Positions 40,601 to 55,600 of a stretch of 64,000 nt of DNA are shown piece by piece. Both the position numbers and the translations under genes were made by a program. Numbering within the stretch: position 1 is the first letter of the stretch; each line of letters begins with the position of its first letter. The notes below the pieces were generated by a model. It searched no databases. It saw only the letters and a list, made by a program, of their open reading frames with translations, and was not told the origin of the DNA. Source of the DNA: Isurus oxyrinchus (Eukaryota); NCBI GenBank assembly GCA_026770705.1, contig JANJGN010000163.1, forward strand, positions 186,001 through 250,000, given 5' to 3'.

Positions 40601-43600
40601 ATTAGATATCAGACTTGGGATGTCAACCTGGAATTGACAATCTGATTAGATATCAGACTTGGGATGTCAACCTGGAATTGACAATCTCATTAGATATCAG
40701 ACTTGGGATGTCAACCTGGAATTGACAATCTAATTAGATATCAGACTTGGGATGTCAACTTGGAATTGACAATCTAATTAGATATCAAACTTGGGATGTC
40801 AACCTGGAATTGACAATCTAATTAGATATCAGACTTGGGATGTCAATCTGGAATTGACAATCTAATTAGATATCAGACTTGGGGTGTCAACTTGGAATTG
40901 ACAATCTAATTAGATATCAGACTTGGGATGTCAACCTGGAATTGACAATCTAATTAGATATCAGACTTGGGATGTCAACCTGGAATTGACAATCTCATTA
41001 GATATCAGACTTGGGATGTCAACCTGGAATTGACAATCTAATTAGATATCAGACTTGGGATGTCAACTTGGAATTGACAATCTAATTAGATATCAAACTT
41101 GGGATGTCAACCTGGAATTGACAATCTAATTAGATATCAGACTTGGGATGTCAATCTGGAATTGACAATCTAATTAGATATCAGACTTGGGGTGTCAACT
41201 TGGAATTGACAATCTAATTAGATATCAAACTTGGGATGTCAACCTGGAATTGACAATCTAATTCGATATCAAACTTGGGATGTCAACTTGGAATTGACAA
41301 TCTAATTAGATATCAAACTTGGGATGTCAACCTTGAATTGACAATCTAATTAGATATCAAACTTGGGATGTCAACCTGGAATTGACAATCTAATTAGATA
41401 TCAGACTTGGGATGTCAACCTGGAATTGACAATCTAATTAGATATCAAAATTGGGATGTCAACCTAGAATTGACAATCTAATTAGATATCAGACTTGGGA
41501 TGTCAACCTGGAATTGACAATGTAATTAGATATCACTCTTGGGATATCAACCTGGAATTGACAATCTAATTAGATATCAGACTTGGGATGTCAACCTGGA
41601 ATTGACAATCTAATTAGATATCAGACTTGGGATCTCAACCTGGAATTGACAATCTAATTAGAAATCAGACTTGGGATGTCAACTTGGAATTGACAATCTA
41701 ATTAGATATCAGACTTGGGATGTCAATGTGGAATTGACAATCTAATTAGATATCAGACTTGGGATGTCAACTTGGAATTGACAATCTAATTAGATATCAG
41801 ACTTGGGATGTCAACCTGGAATTGACAATCTAATTAGATATCAGACTTGGGATGTCAACTTGGAATTGACAAACTAATTAGATATCACTCCTGGGATGTC
41901 AACCTGGATTTGACAATCTAATTAGATATCAGACTTGGGATGTCAACTTGGAATTGACAATCTAATTAGATATCAGACTTGGGATGTCAACCTGGAATTG
42001 ACAATCTAATTAGAAATCAGACTTGGGATGTCGACTTGGAATTGACAATCGAATTAGATATCAGACTTGGGATGTCAATCTGGAATTGACAATCTAATTA
42101 GATATCAGACTTGGGATGTCAACCAGCTATTGACAATCTAATTAGATATCAGACTTGGGATGTCAACTTGGAATTGACAATCTAATTAGATATCAAACTT
42201 GGGATGTCAACCTGGAATTGACAATCTAATTAGATATCAAACTTGGGATGTCAACTTGGAATTGACAATCTAATTAGATATCAGACTTGGGATGTCAACC
42301 TGGAATTGACAATCTAATTAGATATCAAAATTGGGATGTCAACCTAGAATTGACAATCTAATTAGATATCAGACTTGGGATGTCAACCTGGAATTGACAA
42401 TCTAATTAGATATCACACTTGGGATATCAACCTGGAATTGACAATCTAATTAGATATCAGACTTGGGATTTCAACCTGGAATTGACAATCTAATTAGATA
42501 TCAGACTTGGGATGTCAACCTGGAATTGACAATCTCATTAGATATCAGACTTGGGATGTCAACCTGGAATTGACAATCTAATTAGATATCAGACTTGGGA
42601 TGTCAACCTGGAATTGACAATCTAATTAGATATCAGACTTGGCATGTCAACCTGGAATTGACAATCTAATTAGAAGTCAGACTTGGGATGTCAACTTGGA
42701 ATTGACAATCTCATTAGATATCAGACTTGGGATGTCAACCTGGAATTGACAATCTAATTAGATATCAGACTTGGGATGTCAATCTGGAATTGACAATCTA
42801 ATTAGATATCAGACTTGGGGTGTCAACTTGGAATTGACAATCTAATTAGATATCAGACTTGGGATGTCAACCTGGAATTGACAATCTAATTAGATATCAG
42901 ACTTGGGATGTCAACCTGGAATTGACAATCTCATTAGATATCAGACTTGGGATGTCAACCTGGAATTGACAATCTAATTAGATATCTGACTTGGGATGTC
43001 AACTTGGAATTGACAATCTAATTAGATATCAAACTTGGGATGTCAACCTGGAATTGACAATCTAATTAGATATCAGACTTGGGATGTCAATCTGGAATTG
43101 ACAATCTAATTAGATATCAGACTTGGGGTGTCAACTTGGAATTGACAATCTAATTAGATATCAAACTTGGGATGTCAACCTGGAATTGACAATCTAATTC
43201 GATATCAAACTTGGGATGTCAACTTGGAATTGACAATCTAATTAGATATCAAACTTGGGATGTCAACCTTGAATTGACAATCTAATTAGATATCAAACTT
43301 GGGATGTCAACCTGGAATTGACAATCTAATTAGATATCAGACTTGGGATGTCAACCTGGAATTGACAATCTAATTAGATATCAAAATTGGGATGTCAACC
43401 TAGAATTGACAATCTAATTAGATATCAGACTTGGGATGTCAACCTGGAATTGACAATCTAATTAGATATCACTCTTGGGATATCAACCTGGAATTGACAA
43501 TCTAATTAGATATCAGACTTGGGATGTCAACCTGGAATTGACAATCTAATTAGATATCAGACTTGGGATCTCAACCTGGAATTGACAATCTAATTAGAAA

Positions 43601-46600
43601 TCAGACTTGGGATGTCAACTTGGAATTGACAATCTAATTAGATATCAGACTTGGGATGTCAATGTGGAATTGACAATCTAATTAGATATCAGACTTGGGA
43701 TGTCAACTTGGAATTGACAATCTAATTAGATATCAGACTTGGGATGTCAACCTGGAATTGACAATCTAATTAGATATCAGACTTGGGATGTCAACTTGGA
43801 ATTGACAAACTAATTAGATATCACTCCTGGGATGTCAACCTGGATTTGACAATCTAATTAGATATCAGACTTGGGATGTCAACTTGGAATTGACAATCTA
43901 ATTAGATATCAGACTTGGGATGTCAACCTGGAATTGACAATCTAATTAGAAATCAGACTTGGGATGTCGACTTGGAATTGACAATCGAATTAGATATCAG
44001 ACTTGGGATGTCAATCTGGAATTGACAATCTAATTAGATATCAGACTTGGGATGTCAACCAGCTATTGACAATCTAATTAGATATCAGACTTGGGATGTC
44101 AACTTGGAATTGACAATCTAATTAGATATCAAACTTGGGATGTCAACCTGGAATTGACAATCTAATTAGATATCAAACTTGGGATGTCAACTTGGAATTG
44201 ACAATCTAATTAGATATCAGACTTGGGATGTCAACCTGGAATTGACAATCTAATTAGATATCAAAATTGGGATGTCAACCTAGAATTGACAATCTAATTA
44301 GATATCAGACTTGGGATGTCAACCTGGAATTGACAATCTAATTAGATATCACACTTGGGATATCAACCTGGAATTGACAATCTAATTAGATATCAGACTT
44401 GGGATTTCAACCTGGAATTGACAATCTAATTAGATATCAGACTTGGGATGTCAACCTGGAATTGACAATCTCATTAGATATCAGACTTGGGATGTCAACC
44501 TGGAATTGACAATCTAATTAGATATCAGACTTGGGATGTCAACCTGGAATTGACAATCTAATTAGATATCAGACTTGGCATGTCAACCTGGAATTGACAA
44601 TTTAATTAGAAGTCAGACTTGGGATGTCAACTTGGAATTGACAATCTCATTAGATATCAGACTTGGGATGTCAACCTGGAATTGACAATCTAATTAGATA
44701 TCAGACTTGGGATGTCAACTTGGAAGTGACAATCTAATTAGATATCAGACTTGGGATGTCAACCTGGAATTGACAATCTAATTAGATATCAGACTTGGGA
44801 TGTCAACTTGGAATTGACAATCTAATTAGATATCACACTTGGGATGTCAACCTGGATTTGACAATCTAATTAGATATCAGACTTGGGATGTCAACCTGGA
44901 ATTGACAATCTAATTAGATATCAGACTTGGGATGTCAACCTGGAATTGACAATCTCATTAGATATCAGACTTGGGATGTCAACCTGGAATTGACAATCTA
45001 ATTAGAAATCAGACTTGGGATGTCGACTTGGAATTGACAATCTAATTAGATATCAGACTTGGGATGTCAATCTGGAATTGACAATCTAATTAGATATCAG
45101 ACTTGGGATGTCAACCTGCTATTGAAAATCTAATTAGATATCAGACTTGGGATGTCAACTTGGAATTGACAATCTAATTAGATATCAAACTTGGGATGTC
45201 AACCTGGAATTGACAATCTAATTAGATATCAAACTTGGGATGTCAACTTGGAATTGACAATCTAATTAGATATCAGACTTGGGATGTCAACCTAGAATTG
45301 ACAATCTAATTAGATATCACACTTGGGATGTCAACCTGGATTTGACAATCTAATTAGATATCAGACTTGGGATGTCAACTTGGAATTGACAATCTAATTA
45401 GATATCACACTTGGGATGTCAACCTGGATTTGACAATCTAATTAGATATCAGACTTGGGATGTCAACCTGGAATTGACAATCTAATGAGATATCAAACTT
45501 GGGATGTCAACCTGGAATTGACAATCTAATTAAATATCAGACTTGGGATGTTAACCTGGAATTGACAATATAATTAGATATCACACTTGGGATGTCAACC
45601 TGGATTTGACAATCTAATTAGATATCAGACTTGGGATGTCAACCTGGAATTGACAATCTAATTAGATATCAGACTTGGGATGTCAACCTGGAATTGACAA
45701 TCTCATTAGATATCAGACTTGGGATGTCAACCTGGAATTGACAATCTAATTAGATATCAGACTTGGGATGTCAACTTGGAATTGACAATCTAATTAGATA
45801 TCAAACTTGGGATGTCAACCTGGAAATGACAATCTAATTAGATATCAGACTTGGGATGTCAATCTGGAATTGACAATCTAATTAGATATCAGACTTGGGG
45901 TGTCAACTTGGAATTGACAATCTAATTAGATATCAAACTTGGGATGTCAACCTGGAATTGACAATCTAATTAGATATCAAACTTGGGATGTCAACTTGGA
46001 ATTGACAATCTAATTGGATATCAAACTTGGGCTGTCAACCTGGAATTGACAATCTAATTAGATATCAAACTTGGGATGTCAACCTGGAATTGACAATCTA
46101 ATTAGATATCAGACTTGGGATGTCAACCTGGAATTGACAATCTAATTAGATATCAAAATTGGGATGTCAACCTAGAATTGACAATCTAATTAGATATCAG
46201 ACTTGGGATGTCAACCTGGAATTGACAATCTAATTAGATATCAGACTTGGGATATCAACCTGGAATTGACAATCTAATTAGATATCAGACTTGGGATGTC
46301 AACCTGGAATTGACAATCTAATTAGATATCAGACTTGGGATGTCAACCTGGAATTGACAATCTCATTAGATATCAGACTTGGGATGTCAACCTGGAATTG
46401 ACAATCTAATTAGATATCAGACTTGGGATGTCAACCTGGAATTGACAATCTAATTAGATATAAGACTTGGGATGTCAACTTGGAATTGACAATCTAATTA
46501 GATATCAGACTTGGCATGTCAACCTGGAATTGACAATCTAATTAGAAATCAGACTTGGGATGTCAACTTGGAATTGACAATCTAATTAGATATCAGACTT

Positions 46601-49600
46601 GGGATGTCAACCTGGAATTGACAATCTAATTAGATATCAGACTTGGGATGTCAACTTGGAATTGACAATCTAATTAGATATCAGACTTGGGATGTCAACC
46701 TGGAATTGACAATCTAATTAGATATCAGACTTGAGATGTCAACTTGGAATTGACAATCTAATTAGATATCACACTTGGGATGTCAACCTGGATTTGACAA
46801 TCTAATTAGATATCAGACTTGGGATGTCAACTTGGAATTGACAATCTAATTAGATATCAGACTTGGGATGTCAACCTGGAATTGACAATCTAATTAGAAA
46901 TCAGACTTGGGATGTCGACTTGGAATTGACAATCTAATTAGATATCAGACTTGGGATGTCAATCTGGAATTGACAATCTAATTAGATATCAGACTTGGGA
47001 TGTCAACCTGCTATTGACAATCTAATTAGATATCAGACTTGGGATGTCAAGTTGGAATTGACAATCTAATTAGATATCAAACTTGGGATGTCAACCTGGA
47101 ATTGACAATCTAATTAGATATCAAAATTGGGATGTCAACTTGGAATTGACAATCTAATTAGATATCAGACTTGGGATGTCAACCTGGAATTGACAATCTA
47201 ATTAGATATCAAACTTGGGATGTCAACCTGGAATTGACAATCTAATTAGATATCAGACTTGGGATGTCAACCTGGAATTGACAATCTAATTAGATATCAG
47301 ACTTGGGATGTCAACCTGGAATTGACAATCTAATTAGATATCAAACTTGGGATGTCAACCTAGAATTGACAATCTAATTAGATATCAGACTTGGGATGTC
47401 AACCTAGAATTGACAATCTAATTAGATAACAGACTTGGGATGTCAACCTGGAATTGACAATCTAATTAGATATCACACTTGGGATGTCAACCTGGATTTG
47501 ACAATCTAATTAGATATCAGACTTGGGATGTCAACCTGGAATTGACAATCTAATTAGATATCAAACTTGGGATGTCAACCTGGAATTGACAATCTAATTA
47601 GATATCAGACTTGGGATGTCAACCTGGAATTGACAATCTAATTAGATATCAGACTTGGGATTTCAACCTGGAATTGACAATCTAATTAGATATCAGACTT
47701 GGGATGTCAACCTGGAATTGACAATCTCATTAGATATCAGACTTGGGATGTCAACCTGGAATTGACAATCTAATTAGATATCAGACTTGGGATGTCAACC
47801 TGGAATTGACAATCTAATTAGATATCAGACTTGGCATGTCAACCTGGAATTGACAATCTAATTAGAAGTCAGACTTGGGATGTCAACTTGGAATTGACAA
47901 TCTCATTAGATATCAGACTTGGGATGTCAACCTGGAATTGACAATCTAATTAGATATCAGACTTGGGATGTCAACTTGGAAGTGACAATCTAATTAGATA
48001 TCAGACTTGGGATGTCAACCTGGAATTGACAATCTAATTAGATATCAGACTTGGGATGTCAACTTGGAATTGACAATCTAATTAGATATCACACTTGGGA
48101 TGTCAACCTGGATTTGACAATCTAATTAGATATCAGACTTGGGATGTCAACCTGGAATTGGCAATCTAATTAGATATCAGACTTGGGATGTCAACCTGGA
48201 ATTGACAATCTCATTAGATATCAGACTTGGGATGTCAACCTGGAATTGACAATCTAATTAGAAATCAGACTTGGGATGTCAACTTGGAATTGACAATCTA
48301 ATTAGATATCAGACTTGGGATGTCAATCTGGAATTGACAATCTAATTAGATATCAGACTTGGGATGTCAACCTGCTATTGAAAATCTAATTAGATATCAG
48401 ACTTGGGATGTCAACTTGGAATTGACAATCTAATTAGATATCAAACTTGGGATGTCAACCTGGAATTGACAATCTAATTAGATATCAAACTTGGGATGTC
48501 AACTTGGAATTGACAATCTAATTAGATATCAGACTTGGGATGTCAACCTAGAATTGACAATCTAATTAGATATCACACTTGGGATGTCAACCTGGATTTG
48601 ACAATCTAATTAGATATCAGACTTGGGATGTCAACTTGGAATTGACAATCTAATTAGATATCACACTTGGGATGTCAACCTGGATTTGACAATCTAATTA
48701 GATATCAGACTTGGGATGTCAACCTGGAATTGACAATCTAATTAGATATCAAACTTGGGATGTCAACCTGGAATTGACAATCTAATTAAATATCAGACTT
48801 GGGATGTTAACCTGGAATTGACAATATAATTAGATATCACACTTGGGATGTCAACCTGGATTTGACAATCTAATTAGATATCAGACTTGGGATGTCAACC
48901 TGGAATTGACAATCTAATTAGATATCAGACTTGGGATGTCAACCTGGAATTGACAATCTCATTAGATATCAGACTTGGGATGTCAACCTGGAATTGACAA
49001 TCTAATTAGATATCAGACTTGGGATGTCAACTTGGAATTGACAATCTAATTAGATATCAAACTTGGGATGTCAACCTGGAAATGACAATCTAATTAGATA
49101 TCAGACTTGGGATGTCAATCTGGAATTGACAATCTAATTAGATATCAGACTTGGGGTGTCAACTTGGAATTGACAATCTAATTAGATATCAAACTTGGGA
49201 TGTCAACCTGGAATTGACAATCTAATTAGATATCAAACTTGGGATGTCAACTTGGAATTGACAATCTAATTGGATATCAAACTTGGGCTGTCAACCTGGA
49301 ATTGACAATCTAATTAGATATCAAACTTGGGATGTCAACCTGGAATTGACAATCTAATTAGATATCAGACTTGGGATGTCAACCTGGAATTGACAATCTA
49401 ATTAGATATCAAAATTGGGATGTCAACCTAGAATTGACAATCTAATTAGATATCAGACTTGGGATGTCAACCTGGAATTGACAATCTAATTAGATATCAG
49501 ACTTGGGATATCAACCTGGAATTGACAATCTAATTAGATATCAGACTTGGGATGTCAACCTGGAATTGACAATCTAATTAGATATCAGACTTGGGATGTC

Positions 49601-52600
49601 AACCTGGAATTGACAATCTCATTAGATATCAGACTTGGGATGTCAACCTGGAATTGACAATCTAATTAGATATCAGACTTGGGATGTCAACCTGGAATTG
49701 ACAATCTAATTAGATATAAGACTTGGGATGTCAACTTGGAATTGACAATCTAATTAGATATCAGACTTGGCATGTCAACCTGGAATTGACAATCTAATTA
49801 GAAATCAGACTTGGGATGTCAACTTGGAATTGACAATCTAATTAGATATCAGACTTGGGATGTCAACCTGGAATTGACAATCTAATTAGATATCAGACTT
49901 GGGATGTCAACTTGGAATTGACAATCTAATTAGATATCAGACTTGGGATGTCAACCTGGAATTGACAATCTAATTAGATATCAGACTTGGGATGTCAACT
50001 TGGAATTGACAATCTAATTAGATATCACACTTGGGATGTCAACCTGGATTTGACAATCTAATTAGATATCAGACTTGGGATGTCAACTTGGAATTGACAA
50101 TCTAATTAGATATCAGACTTGGGATGTCAACCTGGAATTGACAATCTAATTAGAAATCAGACTTGGGATGTCGACTTGGAATTGACAATCTAATTAGATA
50201 TCAGACTTGGGATGTCAATCTGGAATTGACAATCTAATTAGATATCAGACTTGGGATGTCAACCTGCTATTGACAATCTAATTAGATATCAGACTTGGGA
50301 TGTCAAGTTGGAATTGACAATCTAATTAGATATCAAACTTGGGATGTCAACCTGGAATTGACAATCTAATTAGATATCAAAATTGGGATGTCAACTTGGA
50401 ATTGACAATCTAATTAGATATCAGACTTGGGATGTCAACCTGGAATTGACAATCTAATTAGATATCAAACTTGGGATGTCAACCTGGAATTGACAATCTA
50501 ATTAGATATCAGACTTGGGATGTCAACCTGGAATTGACAATCTAATTAGATATCAGACTTGGGATGTCAACCTGGAATTGACAATCTAATTAGATATCAA
50601 ACTTGGGATGTCAACCTAGAATTGACAATCTAATTAGATATCAGACTTGGGATGTCAACCTAGAATTGACAATCTAATTAGATAACAGACTTGGGATGTC
50701 AACCTGGAATTGACAATCTAATTAGATATCACACTTGGGATGTCAACCTGGATTTGACAATCTAATTAGATATCAGACTTGGGATGTCAACCTGGAATTG
50801 ACAATCTAATTAGATATCAAACTTGGGATGTCAACCTGGAATTGACAATCTAATTAGATATCAGACTTGGGATGTCAACCTGGAATTGACAATCTAATTA
50901 GATATCAGACTTGGGATGTCAACCTGGAATTGACAATCTAATTAGATATCAGACTTGGGATGTCAACCTGGAATTGACAATCTAATTAGATATCAGACTT
51001 GGGATGTCAACCTGGAATTGACAATCTAATTAGATATCAAACTTGGGATGTCAACCTGGAATTGACGATCTAATTAGATATCAGACTTGGGATGTCAACC
51101 TGGAATTGACAATCTAATTAGATGTCACACTTGGGATGTCAACCTGGATTTGACAATCTAATTAGATATCAGACTTGGGATGTCAACCTGGAATTGACAA
51201 TCTAATTAGATATCAGATTTGGGATGTCAACCTGGAATTGACAATCTCATTAGATATCAGACTTGGGATGTCAACCTGGAATTGACAATCTAATTAGATA
51301 TCACACTTGGGATGTCAACTTGGAATTGACAATCTAATTAGATATCAAACTTTGGATGTCAACCTGGAATTGACAATCTAATTAGATATCAGACTTGGGA
51401 TGTCAATCTGGAATTGACAATCTAATTAGATATCAGACTTGGAGTGTCAACTTGGAATTGACAATCTAATTAGATATCACACTTGGGATGTCAACCTGGA
51501 TTTGACAATCTAATTAGATATCAGACTTGGGATGTCAACCTGGAATTGACAATCTAATTAGATATCAAACTTGGGATGTCAACCTGGAATTGACAGTCTA
51601 ATTAGATATCAGACTTGGGATGTCAACCTGGAATTGACAATCTAATTAGATATCAGACTTGGGATGTCAACCTGGAATTGACAATCTAATTAGATATCAG
51701 ACTTGGGATGTCAACCTGGAATTGACAATCTAATTAGATATCAGACTTGGGATGTCAACCTGGAATTGACGATCTAATTAGATATCAAACTTGGGATGTC
51801 AACCTGGAATTGACGATCTAATTAGATATCAGACTTGGGATGTCAACCTGGAATTGACAATCTAATTAGATATCACACTTGGGATGTCAACCTGGATTTG
51901 ACAATCTAATTCGATATCAGACTTGGGATGTCAACCTGGAATTGACAATCTCATTAGATATCAGACTTGGGATGTCAACCTGGAATTGACAATCTAATTA
52001 GATATCAGACTTGGGATGTCACCCTGGAATTGACAATCTCATTAGATATCAGACTTGGGATGTCAACCTGGAATTGACAATCTAATTAGATATCAGACTT
52101 GGGATGTCAACTTGGAATTGACAATCTAATTAGATATCAAACTTGGGATGTCAACCTGGAATTGACAATCTAATTAGATATCAGACTTGGGATGTCAATC
52201 TGGAATTGACAATCTAATTAGATATCAGACTTGGGATGTCAACCTGGAATTGACAATCTAATTAGATATCAAACTTGGGATGTCAACCTGGAATTGACAA
52301 TCTAATTAGATATCAGACTTGGGATGTCAACCTGGAATTTACAATCTAATTAGATATCAAACTTGGGATGTCAACCTAGAATTGACAATCTAATTAGATA
52401 TCATACTTGGGATGTCAACCTGGAATTGACAATCTAATTAGATATGAAACTTGGGATGTCAACCTGGAATTGACAATCTAATTAGATATCAGACTTGGGA
52501 TGTCAACCAGGAATTGACAATCTAATTAGATATCAGACTTGGGATGTCAACCTGGAATTGAGAATCTAATTAGATATCAGTCTTGGGATGTCAACTTTGA

Positions 52601-55600
52601 ATTGACAATCTAATTTGATATCAAACTTGGGATGTCAACCTGGAATTGACGATCTAATTAGATATCAGACTTGGGATGTCAACCTGGAATTGACAATCTA
52701 ATTAGATATCACACTTGGGATGTCAACCTGGATTTGACAATCTAATTAGATATCAGACTTGGGATGTCAACCTGGAATTGACAATCTAATTAGATATCAG
52801 ACTTGGGATGTCAACCTGGAATTGACAATCTCATTAGATATCAGACTTGGGATGTCAACCTGGAATTGACAATCTAATTAGATATCAGACTTGGGATGTC
52901 AACTTGGAATTGACAATCTAATTAGCTATCAAACTTGGGATGTCAACCTGGAATTGACAATCTAATTAGATATCAGACTTGGGATGTCAATCTGGAATTG
53001 ACAATCTAATTAGATATCAGACTTGGAGTGACAACTTGGAATTGACAATCTAATTAGATATCACACTTGGGATGTCAACCTGGATTTGACAATCTAATTA
53101 GATATCAGACTTGGGATGTCAACCTGGAATTGACAATCTCATTAGATATCAAACTTGGGATGTCAACCTGGAATTGACAATCTAATTAGATATCAGACTT
53201 GGGATGTCAACCTGGAATTGACAATCTAATTAGATATCAGACTTGGGATGTCAACCAGGAATTGACAATCTAATTAGATATCAGACTTGGGATGTCAACC
53301 TGGAATTGACAATCTAATTAGATATCAGACTTGGGATGTCAACCTGGAATTGACAATCTAATTAGATATCAAACTTGGGATGTCAACCTGGAATTGACGA
53401 TCTAATTAGATATCAGACTTGGGATGTCAACCTGGAATTGACAATCTAATTAGATATCAGACTTGGGATGTCAACCTGGATTTGACAATCTAATTAGATA
53501 TCAGACTTGGGATGTCAACCTGGAATTGACAATCTCATTAGATATCAGACTTGGGATGTCAACCTGGAATTGACAATCTCATTAGATATCAGACTTGGGA
53601 TGTCAACCTGGAATTGACAATCTAATTAGATATCAGACTTGGGATGTCAACTTGGAATTGACAATCTAATTAGATATCAAACTTGGGATGTCAACCTGGA
53701 ATTGACAATCTAATTAGATATCAGACTTGGGATGTCAATCTGGAATTGACAATCTAATTAGATATCAAACTTGGGATGTCAACCTGGAATTGACAATCTA
53801 ATTAGATATCAAACTTGGGATGTCAACTTGGAATTGACAATCTAATTAGATATCAGACTTGGGATGTCAACCTGGAATTGACAATCTAATTAGATATCAA
53901 AATTGGGATGTCAACCTAGAATTGACATTCTAATTAGATATCAGACTTGGGATGTCAACCTGGAATTGACAATCTAATTAGATATCACACTTGGGATATC
54001 AACCTGGAATTGAAAATCTAATTAGATATCAGACTTGGGATGTCAACCTGGAATTGACAATCTAATTAGATATCAGACTTGGGATGTCAACCTGGAATTG
54101 ACAATCTCATTAGATATCAGACTTGGGATGTCAACCTGGAATTGACAATCTAATTAGATAGCAAACTTGGGATGTCAACCTGGAATTGACAATCTAATTA
54201 GATATCAGACTTGGGATGTCAACCTGGAATTGACAATCTAATTAGATATCACACTTGGGATGTCAACCTGGATTTGACAATCTAATTAGATATCAGACTT
54301 GGGATGTCAACCTGGAATTGACAATCTAATTAGATATCAGACTTGGGATGTCAACCTGGAATTGACAATCTCATTAGATATCAGACTTGGGATGTCAACC
54401 TGGAATTGACAATCTAATTAGATATCAGACTTGGGATGTCAACTTGGAATTGACAATCTAATTAGATATCAAACTTGGGATGTCAACCTGGAATTGACAA
54501 TCTAATTAGATATCAGACTTGGGATGTCAATCTGGAATTGACAATCTAATTAGATATCAGACTTGGGGTGTCAACTTGGAATTGACAATCTAATTAGATA
54601 TCAAACTTGGGATGTCAACCTGGAATTGACAATCTAATTCGATATCAAACTTGGGATGTCAACTTGGAATTGACAATCTAATTAGATATCAAACTTGGGA
54701 TGTCAACCTTGAATTGACAATCTAATTAGATATCAAACTTGGGATGTCAACCTGGAATTGACAATCTAATTAGATATCAGACTTGGGATGTCAACCTGGA
54801 ATTGACAATCTAATTAGATATCAAAATTGGGATGTCAACCTAGAATTGACAATCTAATTAGATATCAGACTTGGGATGTCAACCTGGAATTGACAATCTA
54901 ATTAGATATCACTCTTGGGATATCAACCTGGAATTGACAATCTAATTAGATATCAGACTTGGGATGTCAACCTGGAATTGACAATCTAATTAGATATCAG
55001 ACTTGGGATGTCAACTTGGAATTGACAATCTAATTAGATATCAGACTTGGGATGTCAATGTGGAATTGACAATCTAATTAGATATCAGACTTGGGATGTC
55101 AACTTGGAATTGACAATCTAATTAGATATCAGACTTGGGATGTCAACCTGGAATTGACAATCTAATTAGATATCACACTTGGGATGTCAACCTGGATTTG
55201 ACAATCTAATTCGATATCAGACTTGGGATGTCAACCTGGAATTGACAATCTCATTAGATATCAGACTTGGGATGTCAACCTGGAATTGACAATCTAATTA
55301 GATATCAGACTTGGGATGTCACCCTGGAATTGACAATCTCATTAGATATCAGACTTGGGATGTCAACCTGGAATTGACAATCTAATTAGATATCAGACTT
55401 GGGATGTAAACTTGGAATTGACAATCTAATTAGATATCAAACTTGGGATGTCAACCTGGAATTGAGAATCTAATTAGATATCAGACTTGGGATGTCAATC
55501 TGGAATTGACAATCTAATTAGATATCAGACTTGGGATGTCAACCTGGAATTGACAATCTAATTAGATATCAAACTTGGGATGTCAACCTGGAATTGACAA